The notes beneath the pieces are model-generated. The model searched no databases. It was not told the origin of the DNA and saw only the letters and a program-made list of their open reading frames with translations. DNA of 64,000 nt from Minisyncoccota bacterium. Its GTDB lineage: Bacteria > Patescibacteriota > Minisyncoccia > Phycocordibacterales > UBA9973. Both the position numbers and the translations under genes were made by a program. This document shows positions 19,001 through 29,713 of the stretch, piece by piece. The stretch's first letter is position 1, and each line of letters opens with the position of its first letter. The stretch is from assembly GCA_028718635.1 (NCBI GenBank), contig JAQULK010000001.1, positions 543,834 through 607,833 of the forward strand. Direction: 5' to 3'.

Positions 19001-20101
19001 TTAATTTTTGCGCTGAAATTTTGATATATTAAGCACTATGCCTATAGCCATCATATAAACCATAAGTGAAGTGCCTCCTTGGCTCATAAACACTAATGGA
19101 ACTCCTGTTAAGGGAAAAACCCCAACCACAGAAGCAATATGCATAAATGATTGCGCTGTAATTAGTATAACAATTCCATAAACTAAAAGTCCACTAAAAG
19201 CATCTGGGGAGCGATTGGCAATACGAAAACCCCGTAAAATAAAAAATAAATAAAGAATTATCGTAAAGACTGATCCGACAAAACCTAATTCTTCGCCCAA
19301 AACAGCAAAAATAGAATCCCCTTGCGGCTCAGGAAGATAACTGAATTTTTGAATGCTTTGACCGAATCCACGCCCTATAATACCGCCAGACCCTAAGGCG
19401 ATGAGAGATTGCTGGATTTGATAGGAAGATCCTTGCGCATCCTGCGATGGATTTATAAAAGTTTTTACCCGTTCCTGCAGATAAGGCGTAAAATATACAA
19501 GGGTTCCGAGTAGCAGTGTCGCCCCTAAAATCGTGCCTATAATATATTTAACAGGAACGCTTGAAATAAAAAGCATCGACACTCCGGTAACAGTAATCAA
19601 GATAAAGCTTTTTGTATCCGGCTGTTTTAATAGAACCACAGCAATGACTGCGAGCATCACTAAGAATGGCAAAATTCCAAATTTAAAATCCTTGACTCTG
19701 CTTTTCGCCCACGACAGCCAAGCGGCAAAATAAATCACAAAAGCAAATTTTAAAAATTCAACAGGTTGGAATTTTAGCAGGCCTAGGTCGATCCATCTTT
19801 CTGCCCCTCCATGACTCCACCCAAGTGCAGGAATAAAAACCGACGCAGTCAATAATATTGATCCCAGAAAAATTATTAAGGAAAATCTGCGCCAAAATTT
19901 ATAATTAATCTTAGAACAAAAGTACATGCCCAGAAAACCAATACCAAGACCTAAAACTAGTTGGCTAAAAAGCACTGAATAAAAAGTTTTTTCATTTCTT
20001 GCTAAAACTCCGAGCGATGCTGAAATAAACATAGCCACTCCCAGCGCTAATAAAATAAATGTAATTATAAGAAAAAATTTATCGGCCTTTTTTTCTTTCA
20101 T
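19001..20101 (-). CDS. ftsW: SEDS-family peptidoglycan glycosyltransferase FtsW/RodA
   Basis: 366 aa polytopic membrane protein with SEDS conserved regions (GxxxNGAxRW-like GGAERWIDLG, PEPQGDSIFAVLGEELG). Confidence 0.8.
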   Translation of the reverse strand: MKEKKADKFFLIITFILLALGVAMFISASLGVLARNEKTFYSVLFSQLVLGLGIGFLGMYFCSKINYKFWRRFSLIIFLGSILLTASVFIPALGWSHGGAERWIDLGLLKFQPVEFLKFAFVIYFAAWLSWAKSRVKDFKFGILPFLVMLAVIAVVLLKQPDTKSFILITVTGVSMLFISSVPVKYIIGTILGATLLLGTLVYFTPYLQERVKTFINPSQDAQGSSYQIQQSLIALGSGGIIGRGFGQSIQKFSYLPEPQGDSIFAVLGEELGFVGSVFTIILYLFFILRGFRIANRSPDAFSGLLVYGIVILITAQSFMHIASVVGVFPLTGVPLVFMSQGGTSLMVYMMAIGIVLNISKFQRKN

Positions 20102-20220
20102 CCCGTACGAAATAGGACGCGTACGCTTACGTTATATCCTTTGTTTTGTTATTAATAATAGATCTTATCAATTTCATAATTTTATTTGTTTTATGCGTCC
20201 GCGATTTCGTTCGGGATTCA
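20099..20220. repeat. Type-A junction inverted-repeat element (arms TCATCCCGTACGAAAT / ATTTCGTTCGGGATTCA, inner IR GGACGCG/CGCGTCC)
   Basis: It spans exactly from the mraY stop to the ftsW start codon, which is embedded in the left arm. Confidence 0.7.
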
Positions 20221-20224
20221 TTCT

Positions 20225-21280
20225 TTACCGACTAATAATTGCTAAAATTATGCCTATGATGGCAAACATAATTGAGAGAACCCAAAAACGCATCGTCACC
20301 TTATAGGATGGCCAGCCGATCGCCTGAAAATGATGATGAATAGGAGCAAGCCTAAACACTCTTTTGCCGTTTCTAATTTTCTTTGAAATCATTTGGATGA
20401 TAACCGAGCCAGAGGTGACCACGAGCAACATAGCAACTACAGGCAGAATCAAAACTGAGTCAGTTAAAAATGCCAATGTTGCCAAAGTAATAGTGAGCCC
20501 CATAATGCCCGTCTCTCCCATATAAAATCTAGCAGGAGGAATGTTGAACCAAAGGAAAGCCAAAATTGATCCGGTAATTACTCCGGAAAAAACAGCGAGA
20601 TCTATCTGATTATTGGCGAAGGCAATGGCGGAATATGCAGCAAAAATTGAGGCAAAAACTCCTCCTGAAAGCCCGTCGATGCCATCGATTACTCCTCCGG
20701 AAAAAGTCGCCAACGCCACTATTATAAAAAAAGGAATAATCAAAACGCCCAAATAAATTTCGCCACCGAACGGAATATGGATCGACGTCATGCCTAGTTT
20801 ATAAAAAAACCAACATCCTATAAAAAAAGATATCAAAAGTATAAAAAGAACTTTCCATTTGCGCCAAGATTTGTCATCCCGGGCAAATTTTCCAGATCCG
20901 TAAATTTGGATAAGATCATCCCAAAGCCCGACCAATGAACCCAAAAGAAGCGTGAAAAAAGGGATGAGCGCTTGGTTGCGGCTCAGAAAATTCATTTTTT
21001 CCGTATCGTTGGATGGAAATAGAACTAGAGCTAAATAAAAAAGAAGCGTGGTCAGAAGAGCGGAAGCCCAAATTATTATTCCGCCGACGCGAGGAGTTTT
21101 TGATTCTTCTTTTTCGTTGTGTATTTTATGAAAATCTGACGCGGACGTGTCCATGCTTCTGGAATATTTTTTCCACATTTTATATTTATAAAAAAAATGG
21201 GTGGCGATAGGAGTAAGCAAAAGACCTAAAAAAAATGCAAAAGCCGTAGGTATAAAAATCTTGACCAAATTTAGAAGCAT
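20225..21280 (-). CDS. mraY: Phospho-N-acetylmuramoyl-pentapeptide transferase
   Basis: GLWDDLIQI and APIHHHFQAIGW motifs characteristic of MraY. Confidence 0.85.
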   Translation of the reverse strand: MLLNLVKIFIPTAFAFFLGLLLTPIATHFFYKYKMWKKYSRSMDTSASDFHKIHNEKEESKTPRVGGIIIWASALLTTLLFYLALVLFPSNDTEKMNFLSRNQALIPFFTLLLGSLVGLWDDLIQIYGSGKFARDDKSWRKWKVLFILLISFFIGCWFFYKLGMTSIHIPFGGEIYLGVLIIPFFIIVALATFSGGVIDGIDGLSGGVFASIFAAYSAIAFANNQIDLAVFSGVITGSILAFLWFNIPPARFYMGETGIMGLTITLATLAFLTDSVLILPVVAMLLVVTSGSVIIQMISKKIRNGKRVFRLAPIHHHFQAIGWPSYKVTMRFWVLSIMFAIIGIILAIISR

Positions 21281-21323
21281 TTAATCAGTATAACATTAAT
21301 TTTCTTTTGATTAAAATATATGG

Positions 21324-22190
21324 TTGTGTTATTGTTTCCGTGTGAACAAAATTAACTCAAAACTCGTCCTTGCTTTAATTTTATTGATTTTTATATCTCT
21401 GCCAGTGTTCACCACTTCTCTTTTGGATTTTGAAGAACAAAAAACAAACGAAGAAAATTACCAGAAACTTTTACAAGAAGAATCAACCCGCAAAGAAATA
21501 GCGAAGAAAATTCAAGAAGAGGCGGAAGAAAAAAAATATTTAACGGGAAAATTCGACCCTAGCGTTAGAAAAGATTTTGTTTTGATACCTGCGATGTATA
21601 CTACCAATCAAAGCAAAATGTATTTGAGAAAAGAAACTTTTGACGCCTTTTTAAAAATGCGAGATGCCGCAGATAAGGGTGGAATTGGCCTTAGAATAGC
21701 TTCAGCTACTAGAAACTTTGTTTATCAAAAAAATATTTGGAATAATAAATGGACAGGGGTTATGGAAGTAAATGGAGAAAATCTTGCAAAAACTATTCCG
21801 GACAGCTTGGAAAGGTTTATGAAAATATTGGAATATAGCGCCGTTCCAAGCACATCCAGGCATCACTGGGGTACAGACATAGACATAAACGATGCTACCC
21901 CAGAATATTTTGAAAGCAAATTGGGTAAAAAAACTTATGAATGGCTAGTAAAAAATGCTCCATTGTTTGGTTTTTGCCAACCTTATAATCTAAAGGATGA
22001 AAATAGGCCGACGGGCTACAATGAAGAAAAATGGCATTGGTCATATTTGCCTCTCTCAAAAACTTTTACAGAAGAATACAAAGATTTAATAAAAGACGAT
22101 GATATAAAAGGATTTTTGGGGGATGAAAATGTCGCCGGACAGGATTTAATAAATAATTATGTGCTTGGTATCAATCCTAATTGTCTTTAA
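21324..22190 (+). CDS. VanY/M15-family D,D-carboxypeptidase-like protein with N-terminal membrane anchor
   Basis: SRHHWGTDIDIN (SxHxxGxAxD) and EKWHWSY motifs of the LAS/VanY metallopeptidase family. Confidence 0.6.
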   Translation: MCYCFRVNKINSKLVLALILLIFISLPVFTTSLLDFEEQKTNEENYQKLLQEESTRKEIAKKIQEEAEEKKYLTGKFDPSVRKDFVLIPAMYTTNQSKMYLRKETFDAFLKMRDAADKGGIGLRIASATRNFVYQKNIWNNKWTGVMEVNGENLAKTIPDSLERFMKILEYSAVPSTSRHHWGTDIDINDATPEYFESKLGKKTYEWLVKNAPLFGFCQPYNLKDENRPTGYNEEKWHWSYLPLSKTFTEEYKDLIKDDDIKGFLGDENVAGQDLINNYVLGINPNCL

Positions 22191-22216
22191 TTTATTTTGA
22201 ATTACAAAAGAAAAGT

Positions 22217-22849
22217 TTATGTTTGTAATTCATATTTTTTAAAATATTTTTTATAAAGACCGTACTTCGATAATATTTCCCGCAAAGTCAAAGTAGTTGC
22301 AATGGAGATAAAAATCGCAACACTAATATTTATAAACATTAAAAAATAAAAAGTGACAGCACCTGCAAAAGCCGCCATAATATAACCGGATTTTTTATGA
22401 AAAGCGAATGGCGCATCACCCATCACTGCATCGCGAAGCACTCCGCCTCCAAAACCGGTAAACATCCCCATAAAAATACACACTAACGGAACAATAATTC
22501 CATGGCCATTGTCATTAAATAAATAATTATAAGTTACGGAAGTTCCAATAATCGAAAAAGCGGCCAAGCCGATTGAATCCAAAAAACGGAAAAAGGTAAA
22601 CCATTTCTTAAAAACATGCGGTACCAGATAGGTCGCGATGCTCCCAATAACCGCAACCAAAAGATAATTCGGATCTTTGAGATAAAAAACTGGCGTGCGC
22701 CCGATAACTAAATCCCGAAAAGTTCCCCCGCCTACCGCAGTAATAACTCCTAAAAGCACTACTCCAAAAACATTCAACTCGCGCCCCCGAGCCTTAAAAG
22801 CCCCGGCTACAGCGAATGCTAATGTTCCAATTAGATCAAGGATATACAT
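22217..22849 (-). CDS. UPF0126/TRIC-type membrane protein (YicG/YadS glycine-transporter family)
   Basis: Duplicated GGGxxRD motif (VGGGTFRDLVIG; GFGGGVLRDAVMG) in a ~210 aa polytopic protein. Confidence 0.6.
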   Translation of the reverse strand: MYILDLIGTLAFAVAGAFKARGRELNVFGVVLLGVITAVGGGTFRDLVIGRTPVFYLKDPNYLLVAVIGSIATYLVPHVFKKWFTFFRFLDSIGLAAFSIIGTSVTYNYLFNDNGHGIIVPLVCIFMGMFTGFGGGVLRDAVMGDAPFAFHKKSGYIMAAFAGAVTFYFLMFINISVAIFISIATTLTLREILSKYGLYKKYFKKYELQT

Positions 22850-22941
22850 AAATATATTCTACCATAATCACCACCCCCTGCTGACATTAAAAACAGAACT
22901 TACTACAAAACCAGACGACCGCATCATTTCATAGTATTTAA

Positions 22942-24705
22942 TTAATAAACTTCCTGTTGATAGCACTTCTCACAATAAATTATTTCTGGTCTATCTGGTG
23001 CATAACTCGTCTCAAATTCTACTTCGCATTTTCCTGCTCCATGAAAATGATTTTGTTTATCACACATGCAGACTCTGTGCCAAAGTTTCATTGGATTTTT
23101 TTGTTTCATTCTTTGATAGTGCCTACAGTTCGGACACAACCTAGGTAAAGGCAAATTCATTCTTTTGTAAAATTGCAAATCTTCAGGAAGAATTCTGAAG
23201 GCGGTCATACAATCCTCCTCGCACCCTCCTTCATGCTCACAGCCTATCACTTCTTCTAAAATTGAGTCCTCGACTTGTAGAATACTGTCCGGAAGTTCGT
23301 TCGATTTTTTTGTAATTTTATAATCTCTTTTTTCACGATCTTTCCAATTATAACCACTTGCTAGAGCTTTTTCTTTATTCAGAGGAAAATATTCTTGCGC
23401 AGTAGTTTCATTATAGCCATATGGTGAAAATTCTACAGGAAAAAATTCACCGTATTTATATACTCTTTCTTTTTTATCCATATAAGGCATATCATTCATA
23501 TGTTTGATTATTTTAGGAACCAGTTCTTCGTATTCTTCTTTTGTGTATTGCTTGTTTAAGATGCAATATTCCTTCTTTTTTAAACCAACGCAAGCAAAAT
23601 TATTTTCTCCTCCGACAACCCTGATGCTATAATCTATATTTCTCGAACTACTCCAAACTCCCCAACTATGCTTAATATTATATGTACCATTTCCACACTG
23701 AAGACATTCATATACAAGCTCAATATTATCTCCATAATGAGTAAAATCATAAGTAGTTCGTACTGGTCCATTTGAAACAAAAGAGCAAAATTTTGAATCT
23801 TCTGTATTTATGACGCAAAAACATTCTTTGGCATTTTTGGAATGTACTATATAGTCACCAGTCACATTTGAATTTTGAACACCAAAATAATATTTTTTAG
23901 GAAATTTTTTCCAAAACTTCTTAGCTTTTTCTTTCAATGCACTTATATTTTTATAAGAATCCAATCCGAAAGATTTTAATTTTTCTTCGTATTCTTCTTT
24001 GGTGTATGGGGCATTCCAAATGTGATAACTTTTTTTATGGAGATTTACACAACCAAAACAATTATTGCATCCGCGAAGACTATAAGAAAAATATACTTCC
24101 ACGCAATCTTCACAATTTTGAGAGAAAAAAGTCCGATAACAATTTACACTAGTTACTGTTTCATAACTAAGTTCTACTCTATCTACCATAGTAATGTCCT
24201 GCGAATCTTTTGAGTGGAAAACTCCGCTTCCGTAAGATATGTCTTCGTCAAAGGTTCCATCATGAAGCAAGTAACAATTTTTCATATCATTTGCCATATT
24301 GCAATACTGAGAATTAATCATAGTCATACTTATTGCGAAAAGATTACCAATGGGAACTTTAAGAAAAAGTTCAAAAATTTGATCAAAAAATGGTCTGGAA
24401 AAATCAATATCCATTGCATAATCAGAAGCATTCCAATCATCTCCCCACCAGCATTTATCGCAATATATAGTATCTTTTTTATAATCTTTGCTATAAATAG
24501 AAATTATTTTCTTTTTACACAAACCGCATTCTCTATAATGAAGACTCTTTTCATTGCGCCATGCTAAACGTCTTTGTAATCTACACTCTGGACAAAAAGT
24601 CGGCACCGGCACTTTTATTTTTTCATAAAATCCAAAATCATTCGGTTCTATTGCAAAGTCTTTTTTGCAATTTTGGCATATTTTGTTTTCTTTTTTATGT
24701 TCCAT
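22942..24705 (-). CDS. Cysteine-rich paralog family protein, copy 2 (587 aa)
   Basis: Same N- and C-terminal family signature; tandem with copies 3 and 4. Confidence 0.85.
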   Translation of the reverse strand: MEHKKENKICQNCKKDFAIEPNDFGFYEKIKVPVPTFCPECRLQRRLAWRNEKSLHYRECGLCKKKIISIYSKDYKKDTIYCDKCWWGDDWNASDYAMDIDFSRPFFDQIFELFLKVPIGNLFAISMTMINSQYCNMANDMKNCYLLHDGTFDEDISYGSGVFHSKDSQDITMVDRVELSYETVTSVNCYRTFFSQNCEDCVEVYFSYSLRGCNNCFGCVNLHKKSYHIWNAPYTKEEYEEKLKSFGLDSYKNISALKEKAKKFWKKFPKKYYFGVQNSNVTGDYIVHSKNAKECFCVINTEDSKFCSFVSNGPVRTTYDFTHYGDNIELVYECLQCGNGTYNIKHSWGVWSSSRNIDYSIRVVGGENNFACVGLKKKEYCILNKQYTKEEYEELVPKIIKHMNDMPYMDKKERVYKYGEFFPVEFSPYGYNETTAQEYFPLNKEKALASGYNWKDREKRDYKITKKSNELPDSILQVEDSILEEVIGCEHEGGCEEDCMTAFRILPEDLQFYKRMNLPLPRLCPNCRHYQRMKQKNPMKLWHRVCMCDKQNHFHGAGKCEVEFETSYAPDRPEIIYCEKCYQQEVY

Positions 24706-24735
24706 GGTCTAATCTGCTTTAGTTAAGTAAAGTAA

Positions 24736-26439
24736 TTAATACACTTCCTGTTGATAACATTTCTCGCAGTAAATAATCGGAGCGTAAGATTCATCATATA
24801 CTGTTTCAGCTTCTATATTGCATTTTGAACAAAAACGTTTTATTAATCTAAAAGGCGAACGTTTTGCTAAACGTCGCATATGCCTGATATAAAAACTCGC
24901 GTGTGGAAGAGGTAAATCCATTTTTCTATAAAATGAAAGTTCGTTCTCTGTTATTTTATATGCCCCTACAGATTTCGAATTATTTTTTTCTTCGCATTCT
25001 ATAATTTCCTTTAAAATTGAATCATCGGTTTCGCTAATGGTTTCAGGCAACTCTGAACTTTTAATCGTTGTTTTATAATTTTTTTCTTCTCTGTCCTTCC
25101 ATTTATACCCTTTTGCTAAAACCTCTTCTTTTGACAAAGGAAAGAAGTCTGCCGCTGCTGTCTCATTAAAAGCAAAATCAGAAAAAGAGTTTGGAAAATG
25201 TTCGCCAAATCGATACTCTAAACCTTGATCAAAATAAGGCATTTCTTTCATTTGTTTTATGATTTTTTCTTTCAGCACTTCATATTCCTCTTTATTATAC
25301 TTTTTATTCAAAATTGAGTACTCTCCTTTTTTTAAACCGACACATCCAAAACAATTCCGTGCCCCTGGACAGGAATTGCAATAATATAAATCCGAGGCTC
25401 CCATCCAACACTGAGTGCAAAAGTAAATTCTAGCGATATCTAGACCGCAGTTTTCTGATTCATATACTAGTTCAGCCTTATTCCCCCATTCAAAAAAATC
25501 CATGCAGTCTTCCAAGCCGAAAACCGAAAAAAGATACTTTCCATCTTTTACATTTACACAATCAAAAGATTGATGTACGTTTTTGCAGTTCGTAAACCAA
25601 TTGCCAGAAACATCACTAGATTTTATAGAAGCAACCGCTTTTTGAGGGAATTTTTTTCTAAATTCTTCAAATTTTCTATCCATTTCCTTAATGCCAGAAT
25701 AAGTGTTCAATTTAAGACCCTTTATCTTTTTAAAATATTCTTCTTTAGAATAAGCTTCGTTAAAAATATAAAATTCCTTATTATTCAAATTAACGCAACC
25801 TACACAATCAGAACAATTTCGGCAAGCATACAAAAACGAAGAATCCCTGCAATCATGGCTCTCCATACTAAACCTAAGGTTATAACAATTTCTGCAATTT
25901 ATACATTCATAACAAAGCTCGCTTTTGTCAGTCCAAGCGCAGTCGGAACAATCTCTTATGTTCTCGGCAATATAGCTATAAAAAGAATTTTCTGCATTGG
26001 TGGCTCTGAAAACCATATAGGAATTCCTTGGACTGGTAACACGATGAGTGTAAGGGCTATTGATCGCAAAACCCTGCCTGACAAGACTCATTCTCGGAAC
26101 CTTGTTTTGTAATTCCAAAAATTGTTCAAAGAATGGACGATTTTCGTCGTAATCCATTCCATATGAAGACGGATCCCATTTATCTGAATACCAAATATCT
26201 ATATCATAAACTGGAAATATCGTTTTCTCGGGATACATACTAAAAATTTCTTTGTTCGTAAAATCACATTTGCGCTTATAAAGAATAAGCTCATTGGTGC
26301 TCATTAGGCGTCTCATTAGCCTACACTGCGGGCAAAAAGTCGGTGGTGGTACTTTTATCTTTTCATAAAACCCAAAATCATCCGGCTCAATTACGAAATC
26401 TTTTTTACAATTTTGGCAAGTTTTAATTTCTTCTTTCAT
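24736..26439 (-). CDS. Cysteine-rich paralog family protein, copy 3 (567 aa, divergent C-terminus)
   Basis: N-terminal signature conserved (CQNCKKDFVIEPDDFGFYEKIKVPPPTFCPQCR); the C-terminus keeps ...SYAPIIYCEKCYQQEVY but lacks part of the CPNCRHYQR ribbon. Confidence 0.8.
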   Translation of the reverse strand: MKEEIKTCQNCKKDFVIEPDDFGFYEKIKVPPPTFCPQCRLMRRLMSTNELILYKRKCDFTNKEIFSMYPEKTIFPVYDIDIWYSDKWDPSSYGMDYDENRPFFEQFLELQNKVPRMSLVRQGFAINSPYTHRVTSPRNSYMVFRATNAENSFYSYIAENIRDCSDCAWTDKSELCYECINCRNCYNLRFSMESHDCRDSSFLYACRNCSDCVGCVNLNNKEFYIFNEAYSKEEYFKKIKGLKLNTYSGIKEMDRKFEEFRKKFPQKAVASIKSSDVSGNWFTNCKNVHQSFDCVNVKDGKYLFSVFGLEDCMDFFEWGNKAELVYESENCGLDIARIYFCTQCWMGASDLYYCNSCPGARNCFGCVGLKKGEYSILNKKYNKEEYEVLKEKIIKQMKEMPYFDQGLEYRFGEHFPNSFSDFAFNETAAADFFPLSKEEVLAKGYKWKDREEKNYKTTIKSSELPETISETDDSILKEIIECEEKNNSKSVGAYKITENELSFYRKMDLPLPHASFYIRHMRRLAKRSPFRLIKRFCSKCNIEAETVYDESYAPIIYCEKCYQQEVY

Positions 26440-26486
26440 TTTTTTTATATTATCACTTTATAACGGCCGTTAAATTTTGATAATGC

Positions 26487-28238
26487 TTAATACACTTCCT
26501 GCTGATAACATTTCTCGCAGTAAATTATTTCTGGCCTCTCTGGTGCATAGCTCGTCTCAAATTCGACATCGCACTTCTCTGTCCCATGAAAATGATTTTG
26601 TTTATCACACATGCAGACTCTGTGCCAAAGTCTCATGGGATTTCTGTATTTAAGCCTGCGTGCGTGTCTACAATTCAGACAAAGGTTCGGAAGCGGTAAA
26701 TTCATGCGTCGATAAAATTGCAACTCGGCTTGAATGATCTTAAATGCGCCAGTGCATTGATCATTGCAGTTGCCGTCATGTTCGCATTTTATGACTTCAT
26801 GTATAATATCATCCTGCACCTCTGAAATAGTATCGGGTAAATCGCTCACATTTTTTGTGATTTTATAATTTCTCTTTTCGGTTTCTCTCCACGAATATCC
26901 CAAAGCCAATGCTTGTTCTTTGGTCAATGGAAAGAATTCTTGAGCGGTGGTTTCATTGTAGGCAAAAGGACAAGTTTCTATCGGGAAAAATTCTCCATAT
27001 TTATATATCAGGCCTTGCTTGTCTGTGTAAGACATATCATTCATATGGTTTATAATTTGTTCTCTTAATTTAAAATATTCTTCTTTTTCATATTGCTTAT
27101 TGAAAATACAATATTGCTTTTTTCTTAAACCGACACAGCCGAAAATATCCTTTGAATTGACACAAAACATAGAATACTCCACATTTTGGCAATTTGTGAT
27201 TATCCAATGAGAGAATTTTATATTCGCGTTCTGGTCACCGCTTTGCAATGTCTCATACAATAGCGAGGATCCTTGGCCAAACGTGCTGTGGTCGTAAGCA
27301 TCGGTTAATTTTCCTGTTATAAAACTGCAAAATTTACTGTCTTCGATCTCAAAACCAATGAAGCAATTTTTTGCATTTTTTGTGTCGTTTAAATAATCGC
27401 CAGACGATCCGATATTTCGCCATCCATGATAAAATTTTTGAGGATAATTTTGCGACAAAGATTCGACTTTCTCTTGTGCTGTTTTTATCTTTTTTAATGA
27501 ACTTGGGTATAGTTCTGCTAATTTCTTATTATAATCTTCCTTGGAATACTGTTCATTAAAAATGCAATAACTTTTTTTATTTAAATTTATACAGCCGAAA
27601 CAATCATTGCACCCTGAGCAATTTTTAGAAAACATAACATTATGGCAACTATCGCAATCAATACTGAAAAATGTATTGTAGCATCGATTGCAATTCATAG
27701 TTTCATAGCAAAGCTCGCAATGGTTCGCCATTAAATTATCCACGCTGTCCTTGCTATGATTCACGAAACTACCATAAATCAAATTTTCTCCATAATCAGA
27801 ATAAGTAACCATGTATGAATTTTTTTGCCAAGCAGACATGTTGACGTATTCAGTATTAATCCAAGTCGAATACAATCCATATAAATTCATTATGGGAACT
27901 CTGTGATACAGATCATTTATTTGCGAAATTACATTCTGTTTTGGATTAAAATCAACTCCATAATCTATCGCGTCCCAGTCATCTCCCCACCAGCACGAAG
28001 TACAATAAACATGAATTCCAGAATCTTCTGCAAAGATAGCAATCGTCTTTTTATCGCATTTTTCACATATTCGATGATGGAAAGTTCTTTCGTTTCTTCG
28101 AGCCAGCCGACGTATCAAACGGCACTCAGGGCAAAAAGTCGGCAGTGGCACGTTCATTTTTTCATAAAATCCAAAATCATCTGGCTCAATCGTAAAGTCT
28201 TTTTTACAGTTTTGGCAAGTTTTAATTTCTTGATTCAT
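26487..28238 (-). CDS. Cysteine-rich paralog family protein, copy 4 (583 aa)
   Basis: Full family signature at both termini. Confidence 0.85.
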   Translation of the reverse strand: MNQEIKTCQNCKKDFTIEPDDFGFYEKMNVPLPTFCPECRLIRRLARRNERTFHHRICEKCDKKTIAIFAEDSGIHVYCTSCWWGDDWDAIDYGVDFNPKQNVISQINDLYHRVPIMNLYGLYSTWINTEYVNMSAWQKNSYMVTYSDYGENLIYGSFVNHSKDSVDNLMANHCELCYETMNCNRCYNTFFSIDCDSCHNVMFSKNCSGCNDCFGCINLNKKSYCIFNEQYSKEDYNKKLAELYPSSLKKIKTAQEKVESLSQNYPQKFYHGWRNIGSSGDYLNDTKNAKNCFIGFEIEDSKFCSFITGKLTDAYDHSTFGQGSSLLYETLQSGDQNANIKFSHWIITNCQNVEYSMFCVNSKDIFGCVGLRKKQYCIFNKQYEKEEYFKLREQIINHMNDMSYTDKQGLIYKYGEFFPIETCPFAYNETTAQEFFPLTKEQALALGYSWRETEKRNYKITKNVSDLPDTISEVQDDIIHEVIKCEHDGNCNDQCTGAFKIIQAELQFYRRMNLPLPNLCLNCRHARRLKYRNPMRLWHRVCMCDKQNHFHGTEKCDVEFETSYAPERPEIIYCEKCYQQEVY

Positions 28239-28261
28239 ATTTTTTCTCCCGCCTGCATCAG

Positions 28262-28813
28262 CTATGCTTCAGGCATTGCGGGCAGGTCTAAAGATTTTGC
28301 CGCAACACTGATGGAATTACTAACTTCATTATAATCTGGTAATTCTTCTACGGATTTTACTCCCATAAAAGATAATAATTCAAAGCTAGGTTTGTAAATA
28401 TATTTTCTACTGTCTTTTGCATCCGTCGTTTTATCCACCAATCCGCGAACAGACAAGGCTCTTAAAGTAAAACTAGAATTTACGCCTCTAATATAATCGA
28501 TCTCTGCCCTACTCACGCCATTTTTATAAAGAATAATAGAGAGAGTTTCCAGGCTAGCTTTGGAAAGTTCTTTATTGAGTTCCTCTTTTTGCAAATCTTC
28601 AATAATCCCGCTCAATTCTGGCGCAGTGCCGAGCATTATTTCATTTTCATTTTCGATCAGCGCTATTCCTCTTTCTTTCAAATTTTCTTTCAATTTTCCT
28701 ACAGCTTCATTTATTTCTAACTGTTCCACTTTTAAAATTTCAGCAAGTTTCTTGCGAGACATTGGTTCTTCTTTCCAAAATAATATCGCTTCAATTTTTT
28801 GTTCTATGTTCAT
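28262..28813 (-). CDS. scpB: Segregation and condensation protein B
   Basis: IEAILFWKEEPMSRKKLAEIL winged-helix N-terminus typical of ScpB. Confidence 0.75.
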   Translation of the reverse strand: MNIEQKIEAILFWKEEPMSRKKLAEILKVEQLEINEAVGKLKENLKERGIALIENENEIMLGTAPELSGIIEDLQKEELNKELSKASLETLSIILYKNGVSRAEIDYIRGVNSSFTLRALSVRGLVDKTTDAKDSRKYIYKPSFELLSFMGVKSVEELPDYNEVSNSISVAAKSLDLPAMPEA

Positions 28814-28821
28814 AATAAATA

Positions 28822-29592
28822 TTAAGATGCAGTTTCAGAAATTTCTTGCATAATTTTTTCTTGCTTAGTCATTATAATATCTCCTCCTTCAGTTTCTTGG
28901 ATTGCATCAAGTATTCCGTTTCTGATAAGCTCCAGCATAGCCAAAAAACCAACAATCACAACTATCTTTTCTTCTCTTGATGCCTGCTTTCCTCCTCCGC
29001 TAAAATCCTTAAAATTCATCTTAAGAGAACTTTTAATTCTTTCTGTCAATTTATCTATCATTTCCTCGAGGCTTATGACCTTTTGCACTTCTACTTTCGG
29101 CAGAAATACTTTTTGAGGCATAGCGCCTACCGCATTCCGGGCGAAAATCATCATGGAGTCCTTAGTAATTCTATCATCCGGTAAAAATACTAAAACATTA
29201 TTCTTCCTTTCAAGCGGAGCAAAAATTATTTTTTGACCAAAATTATTTTTTATATTTCCTCCTAGCTTGGTGAAAAGTTCGTAAAGGCGCAGCCTTTCTT
29301 CTAAATTTTTAATATCTCCTTCTTCTTCGTTTGTCAGATCTAGGTTTGGCAATAAGGATTTAGATTTGATTAAAAGCAAAGAAGCCGCTACTGAGACAAA
29401 ACTCGAAATTTCAGAATAATGCAAACCTCCCAATTTATTCATGAAATTCAAGAAATCTTCAGTCACCGCGGAAAGGGATACATCATTAATATGAAGCTTT
29501 CGCTTTTCGATCAAGCTCAAAAGCAAGCCAAACGGCCCTTCAAAGCTATTAGTTTTTATTTGAAAAGCAGAATTATCTGTCTGTGTTTCCAT
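28822..29592 (-). CDS. scpA: Segregation and condensation protein A
   Basis: FEGPFGLLLSLIEKRKLHINDVSLSAVTEDFLNFM kleisin N-terminus typical of ScpA. Confidence 0.7.
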   Translation of the reverse strand: METQTDNSAFQIKTNSFEGPFGLLLSLIEKRKLHINDVSLSAVTEDFLNFMNKLGGLHYSEISSFVSVAASLLLIKSKSLLPNLDLTNEEEGDIKNLEERLRLYELFTKLGGNIKNNFGQKIIFAPLERKNNVLVFLPDDRITKDSMMIFARNAVGAMPQKVFLPKVEVQKVISLEEMIDKLTERIKSSLKMNFKDFSGGGKQASREEKIVVIVGFLAMLELIRNGILDAIQETEGGDIIMTKQEKIMQEISETAS

Positions 29593-29713
29593 CACGTTAG
29601 AAGCAGATCGCGATCAACTCACGTTTCTGATATTTAAAGTTATTAATTTTTTTATTATTTATTTTCATATTAATATTTATTTTTAAATTGCGATCGCGGC
29701 TTCTAACGGGATC
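29588..29713. repeat. Type-A junction inverted-repeat element (arms CCATCACGTTAGAAGCAGATCGCGATC / GATCGCGGCTTCTAACGGGATCC)
   Basis: It spans the pepA stop region to the scpA start codon, with an AT-rich spacer between the arms. Confidence 0.6.

Noticed and set aside
22957-28334. Numerous plus-strand ORFs of 60-180 aa inside the Cys-rich paralog genes (e.g. 24214-24567, 25570-26112, 27903-28334)
   Set aside because: They lie antisense to long, clearly conserved minus-strand genes. Their products are low-complexity Ile/Phe/Asn-rich, typical of shadow ORFs in AT-rich DNA.
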